A DNA stretch of 64,000 bases from Heterodontus francisci. Its lineage: Eukaryota. The position numbers and the translations under genes were made by a program. The notes under the pieces are model-generated. The model saw only the letters and a list, made by a program, of their open reading frames with translations. It was not told the origin of the DNA and made no database searches. This document shows, piece by piece, positions 24,571-38,149 of the stretch; position 1 is the stretch's first letter; every line of letters starts with the position of its first letter. The stretch is from positions 12,198,289-12,262,288 of the forward strand of contig NC_090397.1 of assembly GCF_036365525.1 (NCBI RefSeq), given 5' to 3'.

Positions 24571-25539
24571 AAAGTCTGAGGTCACTCCCAACTATGGGAC
24601 GTGCTCAGTAGTTTGTCTTGAATCTGAGTATTCTGATTCGCCATTAATGGACACGAAGGGAATGAGTGACCTCAGAGGCCACTGCCAATTCAGGAAATTT
24701 CCACTGTAGGCTTGAAAAATAATTGCTGCCAGCTTCAGTATTTCATCACTTGCCAACACAAAGAGGCTTTCCTCTTTCCAAATTAGCTGCAAGGGATGGC
24801 TTGGTAATGAAGGAGTTCCTGATCCAACTGTCACCATTGTGGTTGTCAGATTTTTGGAAAGTACTTGCACAAGTCCTGTTGGTGCTCAGTCAAGTGATGA
24901 ATAATTGCAGCTTTTCATTCCCACATGAGATCTTCCCAGGGTACAAAGGAGCACAGAGATTCCTTCTGCATTTGTGAAGGCGTGTTTGTACATGAATGTC
25001 TCAGCCTGGTGTCTGATAGTGAAAACAACTTTCTCTGAGGTAACGTGCTGAATGAATTTGGTTGTTCAGCTATGTCACCCAAAAAGCCAACAAAGCGATC
25101 CAGAGAGAGTGATCAGAGCACTTAATAAGAAGGGGAAATGAGAGTGTGTAGAGTTGGGTTATAATTGGTTGGGAGGTATGAGACAGTCAGGATAAAGGCT
25201 CTGGGCATCAAACTTTAGGTATGATGTCAAAGCCTTGGAGAAGATGCAAATGAGATTTACTAGAATGGTACCAGAGCTGAGGGACTTCAATTCTGTGGAG
25301 AAACTGGGATTGATCTCCTTGGAGCAGAGAAGGTTAAGGGGAAATTTGGCATTCAAAATCATGAGGCCCTCTCGGGTGGACATAAAATATCCCAAGACAC
25401 GATCAGCCTTAAGGAAATAAGGGAAGAAACTGCAGAAAGTGTGGCACAAATCTTATAGAAATGACAGGTGTCTGGGATCAGGAAAATCAGGTGCTGGAAC
25501 GTATTAAAAAATCAGTATTGAGCCTAAATAGTGAAGTAA

Positions 25540-27000
25540 TCCTCCCATTCTGACCACACATAGAACACTGCGTACAGTTCTGGTTACCACAGTATGAAAA
25601 AGATATTGCTGCGATTGAAAGGATATAGAACAGGTAACTAAAATGATTATAGGGAAGCAGGGATTATATTATGAGGATGGATTATGTAAATTGAGCAAGT
25701 TGAAGAGAAGGTTCAGAGGTGATACAATTGGTGCGTTTTGGATTTTAAAGGGACTGAATAATGTAGACATGACACATTGTTTCACCCTCTCTAAAACGTT
25801 AGAACTAGAGGAATCAGCCTGCATTTGACGGGTGGGATAAATTCAAAACTAATCTTCAGAAACAATGCCAGGATTTTCCCATGGGATCCGGGGCCCCAAT
25901 GTTGGGATCAAATGGGAGGCCTGAGCCCACACTTACAGGAGCGAGACTGGCTCAGCGATCTTTCTGGAGGTGACCTCCTAATTTGCCGCCTCCGCACTCG
26001 CTGTCCTATTAAGGATGGTGAGCGGGCTCCCAATGCTGCTAGCCCAATCAGAGAACCCGCAGTCCGAGAGCCTCGGCAGCTCCACTGGGAGAGGTGGGCA
26101 CTGCTGAGGCAGGTCAGGACCTCAAGGGCGCCTCAACATGGAGGTGCCCTCGGAAGTGAAAATTTATAGGAAGATTTCAGAGGGATCAAGCTGGTAGGCC
26201 CCTCGGAGAGGAGGGGAAACACCTCCTCGGGAAGCATTTGGGCCGCGGGTGTGGCCTTTCCTACTGGGTGGGCCCCTCCTCGGGGCATGTAGCCTTCAGC
26301 TCTAAGGGCCCCTCAGCCTACCGCACCGAGGCTGCTTTGATGGAGCTGGCAGCCTCTTCATGCGGCCGGGGGCGAGGGTGTGGGCACTCCCCATGGGACG
26401 GCGTGAAAATCACCCCTAATTGGGGCCTTAAGCATGCAAATTGGCTGCCTGCCTCTGCTCAGTGGGCAGCCAACCCGATTCCCAGGCTACCCCAGGAAAC
26501 TTCCCCAGCGATGGGATTGCGTTAGGGAGTTGTCTCGATGCAGCTCCTTCCCCATTTTCCCAACCCCACCCCCATCTCCAATCCACAGGGCCAGGAAAAT
26601 TCAGCCCAATTTTTCAGTGAGCAAGTGGTCAATGTATGGAACACAGTCCCTCAGGAGGTGGTGGTGGAAGCTGATAGTATTGACTCATTCAAATGCAAAT
26701 TAGATAGGTTTCTTGCAGAAAATAACATTTTGGGTTACAGTATATGAGTAATTTGAGACATGCCATGTGGTAAGTGTTACATGCTTGCGAGCAACAGGTG
26801 ACTTTGGACCTATGATTCCCAAAGCTCTTCATCACTGGGCATTTTCCTCACCTCATGTCTGGGTCTGTCGTAGACTAATTGATAGAGATTGATTGCTATG
26901 ATTAGTAAACGACTCCAGTATTGTTGCAAGTGATTATTAGGATGGTAGAAGGTTAACTAGAGGAACCGGGTATTTTTCAGCTAACAATTCCTATGTTCTG
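25540..27000 (+). mobile_element. CR1-type 3' fragment with long 3'UTR, interrupted by a MITE; inverted sibling at about 48720-49160
   Basis: FFSEQVVNVWNTVPQEVVVEADSIDSFKCKLDRFL. The 3'UTR (agactaattgatagagattgattgct) is reverse-complementary to 48775-48820. Confidence 0.7.
25867..26607. mobile_element. GC-rich MITE, possibly Harbinger-type (related pieces about 21590-21890, 34185-34480, 35620-35965)
   Basis: Interrupts the CR1 with a 3-bp AAT duplication. The terminus ...aaattcagccc is shared by several copies; the left TIR is degenerate. Confidence 0.55.
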
Positions 27001-27769
27001 ATTATTTATCTCACTGCAGTTTATGAAAACCTTGCTCTGTGCAGAATGGTTGCCACGTTTAACTACGTTACCACAGTGACTGTATTTCAAAATAATTTAT
27101 TGACTGTGTAGTGTTTTGGGAAGTCTGAGGTCATGAAATGTAGAACATTTATTGAAGCAACATAAAAAATTGCACATATTATTGATATGAAAAGATACAG
27201 GCCTCATAGATATATTATAATACTACTCACTTGTCACGATACAAAACCTGCTGAAGATACAAGTAACTCTTCTTCCTCTAAATCTTTATAGAATACAGCA
27301 CAGATGAAGGCCATTAGGGCCATCGTATATGTGCCAGCTCTTTGAAAGAGCTATCCAGTTAGTCCCACACGTCTGCCCTTTCCCCATAGCTCTGTAATTT
27401 TCTCCCCTTCAAATATTTATCCAATTCCATTTTGAAAGTTACAATTGAATCTGCTTCTATTACCGGTTCAAGCAGTGCATTCCAGTTATTTATAATATGA
27501 TTTTGTTTTGTTGTTTTACCTCCCGGGCGGATTTGCAGAATTTGTTTAAGGTGTAGTGGTTTAATTTGTTCCCTTTTCTCCCTCCTCACAATCTTGCTTC
27601 TTTATTCTTAATTCTTTACATGATTTTAAGAAAGAGTCCTTCCTTCCTTCCCCTCCCTTAACTCTTAGTGGTTTTTCAGTATTTGCTATTTATTGTTTGC
27701 GTGAAGCTGGTGAAGGGACTTCATGCGGCTCCTGATTGTTCAGCACAATCTGGGCCTACTGAGCTGACT

Positions 27770-28500
27770 GACTCCAAGTGTAATGTTAGAGATTGGTCGA
27801 AGTGTTGCCATGGAGAATGCCCCAGGGAACAATTGTCCCCCACGCTTTTGTTTAATTCAGAAAAGGTGCAGTGCCTGGATATGTTCCTTTTACCTGCAGA
27901 GGACAGGTCCCTGTGTGTGAATATATGTACCTTCTAACAAGCGTAAGTGAGCCACATTGCAAGCCTGACTGAAAATCTTAAATTGGTTGTCAGTGTAATT
28001 CTTAGCACATTCAGGATTGTTCAGCAAGTGCTGTCCAACTGCGGAATCACATCAATGTTAGACATTGTGTTCTGAGTTTTGCAAGTACGGGGTTGTTGAG
28101 TACGGTCAGTATTCTGCCTTTTGTGAACAGCTGAAGGGTTGTGCTATTTGATATGATCCGCCAGTCATTGGGATGTATAGCCTATGTACCTGGCATTGCA
28201 CCGGCACTGGAATTCATATACATATTACTCATTTGTGTGGTAGGCAGAATGTCCTTTTGGCTTGACGGCAGCATCCTGTTAGTGGAAAATACCACTCGTG
28301 TTGCTACTGCATAGTAGAAGTGTGAAACAGCTTGCTTCACCTGTTGCTCAGATTATCAGAGTTGACTTGCCAACCGATCAGCATATTTTCTCATGCAGTA
28401 AAAATTGTTGCTCCCTTTGAAATTTGGTATTCTTGTGTCTGTCCTCCTGATGAGTGAAAGATGAAAAGCTTCGACAGCATGTCTCTTTGTTCAACAATAC
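27770..28500 (-). mobile_element. Penelope-like element remnant: GIY-YIG endonuclease on minus strand, with inverted pLTR at about 28345-28500
   Basis: Hand translation of the minus strand gives RVVFSTNRMLPSSQKDILP...YEFQCRCNARYIGYTSQ*LADHIK, a GIY-YIG signature. Confidence 0.75.
28439..28477 (+). ncRNA. Minimal hammerhead ribozyme motif of a second Penelope family
   Basis: CUGUC(cuc)-CUGAUGA-GUgaaagAU-GAAA-AGCU-UC-GACAG: intact core, palindromic stem III AAGCUU, stem I CUGUC/GACAG. Confidence 0.6.
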
Positions 28501-28724
28501 TTTCATACTGTTCTTTGGGCACTGACCCCTTGTAGAAGGCAAAAACAGATTTTTCAAGGCTGGCAGCCAGAGATCTTAGAACCAGAGAAGCTTACAGCGC
28601 AGGAAGAAGCCACACAGCCCATCATGTTGGTGTTGGCTCTTTTCAGGAGTAATCCAAAACTGCTCCGCTCTCTTCCCATGGCCCTGTATGTTCCACTGCT
28701 TCAACTATTAATCTACTTTTCCAC

Positions 28725-29170
28725 ATGGCTCAGTGGGAGTACTGTCCCCTTTGAGTCAGAAGGTCAAGGGTTCAGGTCCCATCCAAAGACTTGACTCCAT
28801 AAACCAGGTCGGCACTGCCAGTGCAGTACTGAGGGAGTGCTGTACTATCGGAGGTACTGTCTTTCAGATGAGATGTTAAACCAAGGGCCTGTCTGCCCTC
28901 TCAGGCAGATGTAAATGACCCCATGGCACCACTTCGAAGGAGAACCATTGGAGTGTCCTGGCCAATATTTATCCCTCAATCATCATCACAAAAAACAGAT
29001 TATTTGATCACGCTGTTGTTTGTGGGTGCTTCCTGTGCATAAATTGGCTGCCATGTTTTCTACATTATAACAGTAACTATACTTCAAAAGTACTGCATTG
29101 TTTGTGAAGTGCATTTGGATGTCTTGAAGTCATGAAAGGTGCTATAGAACTGCAAGTTCTTTCTTTCTCC
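28725..29170 (+). mobile_element. DeuSINE (SacSINE1/AmnSINE1-like), near full length; other copies about 4810-5030, 19890-20085(-), 31200-31555, 36030-36330(-), 37480-37800, 50480-50890
   Basis: tRNA-like head (tggctcagtgg ... ggttcaggtccc) and central gagggagtgctg...tttcagatgagatgttaaacc...ccaatatttatccctca motif. Confidence 0.75.
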
Positions 29171-29254
29171 CAAAGGATAGAACAGCCTCTCCATCAAACA
29201 GCAAAGCATTCTATGATTTAACAACTCTCTGTGTTAAAGAGGCCTTTTTCTCAA

Positions 29255-29830
29255 GGAGACTGGAATACAAAGCAGAGGAAGTCTTGCTTCTGCTTTATAC
29301 AGCCTTGGTCAGACCCCATCTGCATTCAGTTTTGGACATTGCACCTCAGGAAGGATATATTGCACTTGGAGGGACTGCAGCACAGATTCACCAGAATGAT
29401 ACCAGGGCTAAAAGGATTAAATTTTGAGGACAGGGTGCATAAACTTGGCATGTAGTCACTTGAGTTTAGGAATTTAAGGGGCAATCTGATCGAGGTGTCT
29501 AAAATGATAAAAAGATTTAATAGGATAGTTACAGATAAACTATTTCCTTTGGTGGGGCATCAAGAACAAAGGAACATAATCTTGAAATTAGTGCCAGGCA
29601 ATTTAGGAGTGAAATCCGGTAGCACTTTTCCACACAAAGGGTTGTGGAAATCTGGAACTCTCGGCCCCAGAAGGCTGTGGATACGGCGGTCAATTGGAGT
29701 TTTCAAGACTGAGGTCAACAGATCTTCCTTGGGTTAGGGTATCGAGGGTTATGGAGCAAAGGCTAGTTAATAGAGTTAAGATACAGATCAGGCGTGATCG
29801 AATTGAGTGGTGGCCAAGGTTGAGGCCATG
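29255..29830 (+). mobile_element. Degenerate CR1 3' fragment
   Basis: QFWTLHLRKDILHLEGLQHRFTRMIPGLKGL. Confidence 0.8.
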
Positions 29831-30564
29831 TCCTTTTTGTTGCTACATTCTCTTAACAACAATTTTAAATTGATTGAAACTCTTCAAATTTACAAACAAC
29901 TGTACTGAATCTCCTCTTACCCTCTGTGCTCCAGTGACAACAGTCCCAGTATCTCAAGGCTCATAACTGTAGCTTCCCATCCCTCATATTATCTCAGTGA
30001 ATCTACACTCTACATTGTTTATAGTTTTAATACCTTTCATATAACAGGAGCTCCCAAAATTGAACATGGTACTCTAACAGTGGCCTACTGACACCCTATA
30101 CAAAGTTATCAGAATGGCCCTTATTTGCCCCCATTTATAAAGCCCCAAATTTGTTATGCGCTAACTTTTCCAGCTCCTTCCTCTGTACATGGCCAATTCC
30201 CATCATGAAATTGTCACATAAATACGCCAGTCTCATATATATTTCATTATTAGTTGATGGCATCATGAAATAGTAACAGTGCATGTAATCAGTGAACAAC
30301 TTGTTTCCACTTGGGGCTGGGTTCACAGGCAGGCAGTGCAATGGATAGGTAAATTTGGGTGAGTGTTGTGTTTAGACTCCTCAACCGCGTCCCGCCCTAT
30401 AAAGGTTTAAAAAAAAAACAGCTCATTGGATTCCCAATGAGACAATAACACCATTTAAGCAATACTGGTTGCCACGGAATATATTTCGTCAACCTCTTTA
30501 CCATGTTTACAAGCAATGGTACAATAACGCAATCATTGGTGTGAAGACATTACACTGCATTGTT

Positions 30565-30945
30565 TTTTTAATTCATTCTCTGGATATAGGTGTCGCTGGC
30601 AAGTCTGGCATTTATTGCCCATCCTTAACCGGTTTGACTACAAGTCACAAGCTAAGTGACTTGTTAGGCCACTGTAGAAGCCAGCTAAGAGCCAACCATG
30701 CTATATGTCAACTAGATATAGTCCAGACCGGGTAAGGACGGCAGGTTTCCTTCCCTAAAGGACATTAGTGAACCAGTTGGGTTGTTTACTGCAATCTAAG
30801 AGCTTCATGGTCACTGTCACTGAGACCAGCTTTTTATTTGCATATTTTTTTAAAACTGAATTCAAATCTCAATTTGGGATTTGACCTCACATTCTCTGGA
30901 TAATTAGTCAAGCCAGGTAACATAACCAGTACGCAACCATACCCC
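30565..30945 (-). mobile_element. tRNA-derived SINE with a tail shared with the LINE at 53078-55575
   Basis: Minus-strand A/B-box-like head at the 30945 end; tail ggatgggcaataaatgc matches 55550-55575. Confidence 0.65.
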
Positions 30946-31827
30946 AGTTTTTATCAAGTTTGAAATAAAAATGATACAAATCTGAAAATAACATTGTGAA
31001 AGGCATGAAGTGACAAAAACACAGGAAATAGATAAAAAATCTGTAAAGCGCCTTTTTTAACTCGGGTTTCTGGCTTTTGGAGTTTTTCTTTCTGATCTGC
31101 ACTGCGGAAGTTATTAAAGGGGTTGTCACATTCAATTTTCCCTGGCTTTTAGGTAAAGGTTTCAGAAGAGGTTTGTTTCCAGCTCTAAGCCTCGTGTCAT
31201 GACTGAGGGGCTGCTGCACCATTAGAGGTGCCACCTTTCAGATGAGACGTTAAACAGAGGCCCCAACTGCCCTCTCAGGTGGGTGTAGAAAATCCCACGG
31301 TACTATTCAAAGAAGAGCAGGGCCGTTCTTCCCAGAGTCCTGGGCAACATTTATCTCTCAAACAATATCACAAGAAAACAGATTATCTGGTCATTATCAT
31401 GTTGCTGTTTGTGGGAGCTTGCTGTGAGCTGTTTGGTTATTGGGTTTCCTAGATTACAACAATGTCCCCATGTCAAAAGTACATCACTGGCTGTGAAGCT
31501 TTGGAATGCCCTGAGGTCGTGAAAGACACTATAGAAATGAAAGTTTTTCTTTCCTTTCTTTAGAGTGACACCAGCTAACTCCACAGCCTTTCTCCATTGG
31601 TATTCCATGAATCTTGATTGTCCTGTTAATCTTGTTTACCTTATCATGAAATGCACTGTAAGCATGACGTTAACCAGAGTTCAATTGGCTGTGGTAATTT
31701 GAATTGAGCTAGATAGGATATAAGTTCCTTACACACCCTTTTAGAACAATAATCTTACAGCCAACAAACAAAAGTGTCACGTTGGGTGACGGTGTGAAAA
31801 AAGGGATATCGATTCAGCTGCTCATTA

Positions 31828-31922
31828 TACTTCTTCTTCTTTGGCCTCCTTTTCTCGAGAGACAATGGGTAAGCGCCTGGAGATGATCAGTGGTTTGTGA
31901 AGCAGTGCCTGCAGTGGCTATT
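31828..31922 (-). mobile_element. Short RTE-type 3' end with (GAA)n tail
   Basis: cttcttcttct tail followed by a short non-CR1 body; the family call is inference. Confidence 0.4.
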
Positions 31923-31924
31923 AA

Positions 31925-33810
31925 GGCTAGTTTAAACCCTCCTCAACAGCACTAGCAAATCTCCCTGCGAGGATATTAGTTCTGGTCCTGTTAAGGCGTA
32001 GCCCATCCATCTTGTACACATCCCACCTGCCCCAGAACCGGTCTCAATGCCTCAGAAATCTGATGCCCTCCCTCCTACACCAATTCTCCAGCCATGTGTT
32101 CAATCGCTCAATCCTTCTATTCCTATGCTCACTAGCATGTGGCACTGGGAGTAATCCTGAGATTACTGCTTTGGAGGTCCTGCTTTTTAATTTCTTTCCT
32201 AACTCCCTAAAATCTGCTTTCAGGACCTCATCCCTCTTCCTATCTATGTCATTGGTACCAATGTGGACCAGAGCCGCTGCTGTTCACCCTCTCCCAGAAG
32301 GATGTCCTGCAGCCGCTCAGTGACGTCCTTGACCCTGGCATCAGGGAGGCAACACACCATCCTGGAGTCACGTTTACTGCCACAGGAACGCCTGTCTGAT
32401 CCCCTATCAAATCCCCTATCACTATTGCTCTTTCGCTTTTCTTCCTTCCCTCCTGCACGGACTTTGCTCTGGCTGCACTCCCTTGAATAAATGTCTGCTC
32501 AGGTATAAAATTGAAACCTGACCCGGGCCCAACCTGACCACAGCCAACCCGAACCCGACCCAGGCCTGAGTCCTTTAATTTTTTTGTTGCACCCGACATG
32601 GATATCACAATAAATTTAATGATATCAAACATGTTATTGTGCTCTACCTTGTCCAAATGGTAATACTTGTGACCCTGTTCATCCTTTCCCGCAGCAGGCT
32701 ATTCCTGCAGATGGAGTTGTGGGGAATCACAGGTGAGCCTGATCCCGTGAGTTCCCGGAGGCGGCACTGTCCAGCCCGACCCGAACTGAACCCGAATGCT
32801 GGATTCGGAAGATAGACTCAATCCGAGCTGAACCTGACACATGTAGTTGGGTCTAGTCAGGTTTGGGTCGGATAGCCAGGCTTTACCCCTGAGGAGCCAT
32901 CGCCCTCGATAGACTCAGGGGACTCCTGTACTACCTACCTGGTTCTCTTAGACTGCCTGGCGGTCACCCATTCCCTCTCTGCCTGCATGCTCCTAACCTG
33001 AAGTGTGACCACCTCCCTAAACATGCTATCTACGTAGTCCTCCGCCTCGTGGATGCACAACAGTGACTCCAGCCGCTGCTCGAGTTCCGAAACTCAGAGC
33101 TCAAGCTTGTGCAGCTGGTGACAGTTTCTGCAGATATGTTCGTCTAGGACACAAACCGCAGGATGTACCTTCCACTCGGCCGAGCTGACCTACCATACCG
33201 TAACTTTAAAAACTATTTATTACAATTAGGAGTAGAATAACTTACAAGTTACTCACCAATCAGCTTCTTTCCCTACCGAAGAGATAGGCAGCTACTAGAG
33301 GCTGAAAAAAGGTAAAAAAATAAAGGAGCCCCTCCCTCACAGAACTCCCTCGTGCACCAAACTGCCACTTTACACTCTGTGCACTCAAAGCAGCTCTCAG
33401 TGCAGACAATTTTTTTTTTAATTTATAGTTCCTCTCCTCACCAATCTCCCTCAGTTACCAAACTCCCTTCTTCACACTCTGTGCCATCCAGCAGCACTCA
33501 ATGCAAACAAGCAGCGCTGAGAGTCCCCTGCATTTATACTCTCAAATGTATGTGTCAGCTCTGCTGGAGCTCAGAGAGCAGTTTAAGCTAGCTACTTAAT
33601 TAACTAGCTACAGCTACTCTCAGACAGTGTGTATATCCTTGTTTAAAACTGTAAGAAACCTAACTTACCTCTTAACTTAAAGAGTAATTTCAAATGATTG
33701 CTAAATGTAAACAAAACAAAAACTAGACTTGAGAGAGATTAACCCTTAAAATTCACTCACTTACCAAACTCCCTTCTTCACACTCTGTGCCCTCCAGCAG
33801 CACTCAGTGC
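31925..33810 (-). mobile_element. CR1 5' portion: ORF1 (SGNH esterase-like) remnant and 5'UTR
   Basis: Minus strand reads AIVIGD, CCLPDARVKDVTERL, HIGTND and VISGLLPVP, which are CR1 ORF1 esterase motifs. The 5'UTR carries direct repeats. Confidence 0.75.
32488..32885. mobile_element. hAT-type MITE (older copy) inserted in CR1 ORF1
   Basis: TAAA...TTTA termini, ACCCGA subterminal repeats, degenerate 8-bp TSD cccttgaa/cccctgag. Confidence 0.7.
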
Positions 33811-36800
33811 AGCCTGTTTTAGTGATGTTGTTTGAGGGATAAACAGTGGTCAGAACACTGAGGATAACTCTTCTGCTCTTCGAAACAGTGCCTTGGGGTC
33901 TTTATAGTGTTATACAGTTTGTTCTTCTGTAAGATCCTCCAGACCTACAACCCCATGCTCTCACCAATACTTCTCATTCTTCTGACTCTGGCCTTTTGTG
34001 GATATCCCTCTACCTTTTCCCCACGACTGACAGCCATGCCTTTAGCTATCTAAGTCCAAAGTTCTGGAATTCACTCCATAATTCCCTCCATTTTTCAACC
34101 TCCCTCTCCTCCTTTCAGGCCTTCCTTAAAACACATCTCTTTGATCAAGCTTTTGGCTACCCTTCCTAAAATCGCCGTTGGTTCAGCTGAATTTTATCAG
34201 CCCTTTGGGTCGGGTTGGGAGGCAGGAACGCTGGCAAAATGGCGCGGGAAGGTGTTGGGTAGCGTGCCCATCGTCTTCCCGCCAGCATGCCATCTTGCCA
34301 TTGGCAGGAAAGGTGGCAGATGACCCGCCTGCCCGCAGCCCAGTTGAGTCACTTAGGTGGCCTCTTCTCGCCTCCGCTGGCATTTTACCAACTGCTGGGG
34401 GAGACCTGGGGTAAACCCTGGCAGCCTCCCTGCAGGCTCCCAGGAGGGGGCCTCCATTTTGGGCACTCTGGCCCAGGGAGGTGTAATGGAATATTGGTGT
34501 AATAGGCTTAATTAAGTAGAATTTGGAAATAGCTAGTGTATTATGACTTTTAGAGTTAGGGATTGAATGAATGGTCAGTTTTTAGAACTCACTGAGATTC
34601 CCCTTTAAGAAAGTAGAGTTCAAGAATTTCAGGGTCCCTGTTATGAACCAGAAACAAGTTGGAAAATCCATTTGTGTCTCTGTTGTCAGGAGTTTGGAAG
34701 ATAAATACACACATTGAAATATCCTGTCAGTAAGAGGTAGCAATAAACTTAAGTGGTGCAGACAGGTCGGCTCTGGAGGTTGCTTTGGATGCCAAGGAAA
34801 GGGCAATTATAGAGAATGAAACAATAAATGGAATGTACTCACGGAACAAGAGGTTAAGTAAATACAATTATAAACATTTTGACCAGATAAATGCTCACAA
34901 CTTTAACAGCAAAGGAATTTCAGTAAAACATTAAGTGGAAATGGTAATTAAAGATATGGATTTTAAACACACACAGGAAGGTCACATCTAAATGCTGGAA
35001 GTCAGATGACACTACAGAAACAGTATAAACATGAGAGGTTTTTGAAGCAATGATTAGAAGCGATGAATCCTCAAATCATGCTTCTCAACTAAGGGGAATT
35101 TAAGGTAAATTAAGGATATTCTGGATATTCTAAGATATCTTTGCTGTAACATTAGCAAGGTTAGACTTTGGATTCTATGTTAGAAAAAAGATTATGTGTT
35201 ACATCTTTTAGTAATATTTGATATTGTGATATATTTATCCACTGATGTATATTGCATGTTAAATTCTTTAATAAATACATAAAAGTTAATAAATCATCTC
35301 TTGTAGCATTTTGTATACAACTACAAAGAACCCCCTCTCTATGTCTCTTTAAGTGGAGAGATACGTATTGAAGAGAGTTCCCAGATGCTTATATTATCTG
35401 GGATATTTATGACAGCCATAATTATTAAAATAGGCTATCCAAAAAATGGTAATATTCTCTGTTGCTTTTCTTTCTTTGAGGGAAAGCTAGTACAATTCTT
35501 TGGACCCAAATAAGTGTCTACGAGAATTTGTCTGGTTTGAACTTGATTAAAGGAGATTCATATGGATGTACTCCTGATTTGGTTTAGTCCCTAATAGGGG
35601 GTTAAAGTCATAAATCTCTTCAGAGGGGCCCCCTGATGGCAATGGCCACCCCATGGCAATGGCCCCGCCTGCCCTCCCACACTCTCCGGGGCCTGCCTGA
35701 CTGGCCCTGGCGCCCCAGACCCCACTTAGCTGATTTTGATGTGCCCTCATTCTCCAGGTGCAGCCCCAGCAGTGGCCACCACTAGCCATGATGCTGCTGA
35801 GGCTGAACTACCAGCCCTCTGATTGGACCGGCTGCTGCTGCGGCATCCACTTAATTGGCTACCATTGGCAAAATGCGGCTCCAGGTCCCATTGCCTGCCA
35901 GAGTGGGTCCACCCCCCACTTTTGGCCCCAGCGGCAGAACCCCTGCCGCCTACATTAAATCCAGCCAGTTGCACTGAAGCTAGTCTGTGAGGCATTTCCG
36001 CCAGAGGAGGCACGCATGCTGGAGAAGATGAGAAAGAAAGAAACTGCATTTCTATAGCACCTTCACATATCCCAAAACACTTTACAACCAATGAAGTGCT
36101 TTTGAAATGTAGTTATTGTTGTAATATAGGAAACACGGCAGCCAATCTGCCCACAGCACGATCCCACAAACAGCAATGCGATAATGACCAAATTTCCTGT
36201 ATTTAGTAATGTTGCTTGAGAGATAGCTATTGGCCAGGAGATCATGGAGAACTCCACTGCTCTTTTTTGAAATAGAAGCATGGGCTCTTATACGCTCACC
36301 TGTGAGGGTAGACAGAGCCTCAGTTCAATGTTGAATCCTCTGATCCTCAATTTTGTGCCTCTCCTGGCTCCGTTTGCTCTTTCCACTGGTTAGTGTGTTG
36401 GGAAAACCCCAACAGCTTCCCCTGCACAGGCCTCCCACTGCAACTACACTCATCACCTGAGCCTGATCTCCATATTTACAGAAGGACACTGCTGGCTTCT
36501 AGTCAGTGCCCACCTCGTCTGCTCAGGAGACGGTCAGTGAGGGTGAGTCGCACATGCTGGTTTCTGTTGGATGGGTAGGGGTAGAATCGGCCCTAGTTTA
36601 TTAGAGGAGGTATATGAGCCGGAACTAATCAGAGTGTGTGATGATCACATAATTGATTCAGTTTTCTTTTGAAATCTTACCAGATTTCTGTTACGAGGAG
36701 TTAATCTTGTCAATGAACTCTGCGCCCAGTAGATGTGAACATTACTTTGTAATCAACTAGGCAGCATGAAAAAAAAACGGGGATTCCCTGTGTGTATTAA

Positions 36801-36929
36801 GAGTAGAAAAATGATAAAAGTGTCTGCCTTCCTGTGGTCGTGAAAGGCACTATACAAATGCAAGTCTTTCTTTCTTCACAACGAACAATTTTTTTTCGAC
36901 ATATAAAAACAAGGAGAAAATCTTCACCT

Positions 36930-37470
36930 TGAAATCTTCACGCAGACGGGGGTGGGGGGGGTGGCGTAACATTCGCCCAGATGTTGTTGGGGTGGGGTGG
37001 GGGGGGGATGCTTCACCCAGACTGGGGGGAAATGTCACCCAGACCAGAGTGGGGTGGATGGACGGGGTGAAGAACGTTCACCTGGGGGTGGGGGCAAAAC
37101 ATTCACCCAGTCAGTGGAGGAAGGGGGGAAAACATTCACCAAGATTTTGGGGGGGAGGGATGGGAGTGGGGGGGTGCTTCACCCAGACCACTGGGGAAAT
37201 GTCACCCAGACCGGCAGGGGTGTGTGTGTTGGGTGGAGGTGAGAAACCTAACCCAGATGAGGAAAACGTAACGCAGACAGGAGGGAAGACTACATCCAGA
37301 CAAGGGGGAGGGGAGACCACTCAGACAGGGGAGAGCTTTCATTCTGACAGCACCATGGAGAAACCATCCAGATATTGGGGGAAACTATCCAGACATAGGC
37401 GGCAACCATTCAGACATGGGGAGACCATTCAGACTTGGGGGGACCATTTATCCAGACAGGAAGGGAACCT
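36930..37470. repeat. Degenerate G-rich tandem repeat built on TTCACCCAGAC + G-run units
   Basis: Recurring (tt)cacccaga(c) / atccagac motif about every 25-35 bp. Confidence 0.7.
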
Positions 37471-38149
37471 TTAGTATCGCACTCTCAGAGGTGTGTCTTT
37501 TGGATGAGACATTAAACCAAGGCCCCTTCTACTCTCTCAGGTGGATGTTAAAGATCCCATGGCACTATTTTGAAGATGAGGGAAGTTATCCCCCGTCTCC
37601 TGGCCAATATTTATCCCTCAAACACCCAAAACAGATTATCTGGTCATTAATCCCATTGTTGTTTGTGGGATCTCACTATGTGCCAATTAGCTGCTGTGTT
37701 TCCTACATTACAACAGTGACTACACTTCAAATAGTACTTCATTGACTGTGAAACACCTTGAGGCATCTTGATACTATATATAAATGCAATCTCTTTCTGA
37801 ACAGGCTACTGGGATGTTGGGGAACTATTACTTTAACTAAAGGATTAGCTATGATGGCTGAATAGCCTCCTCATCTGCATAGATCTTGTGATCACATTGC
37901 CACAGCCATTGCATAATTAAGTTTATATTTTCAGATTGTCAAACACAATCTTGTTACACAGATGTTTTATGATATCACTGAGTTACAACTTGCATGACTT
38001 CTTGACTGATGTACGTACCGGGAACCCCTTTTCTAGATGAAACCAAAAAAAAACTACCAAATCAACATCAGATTGAAATGTAGCATGCTGGCCTCTGCGA
38101 AATGAACTACTGAGAGTAGTGGGGGCGGTGGTCGTGGGAGATTAAATAC

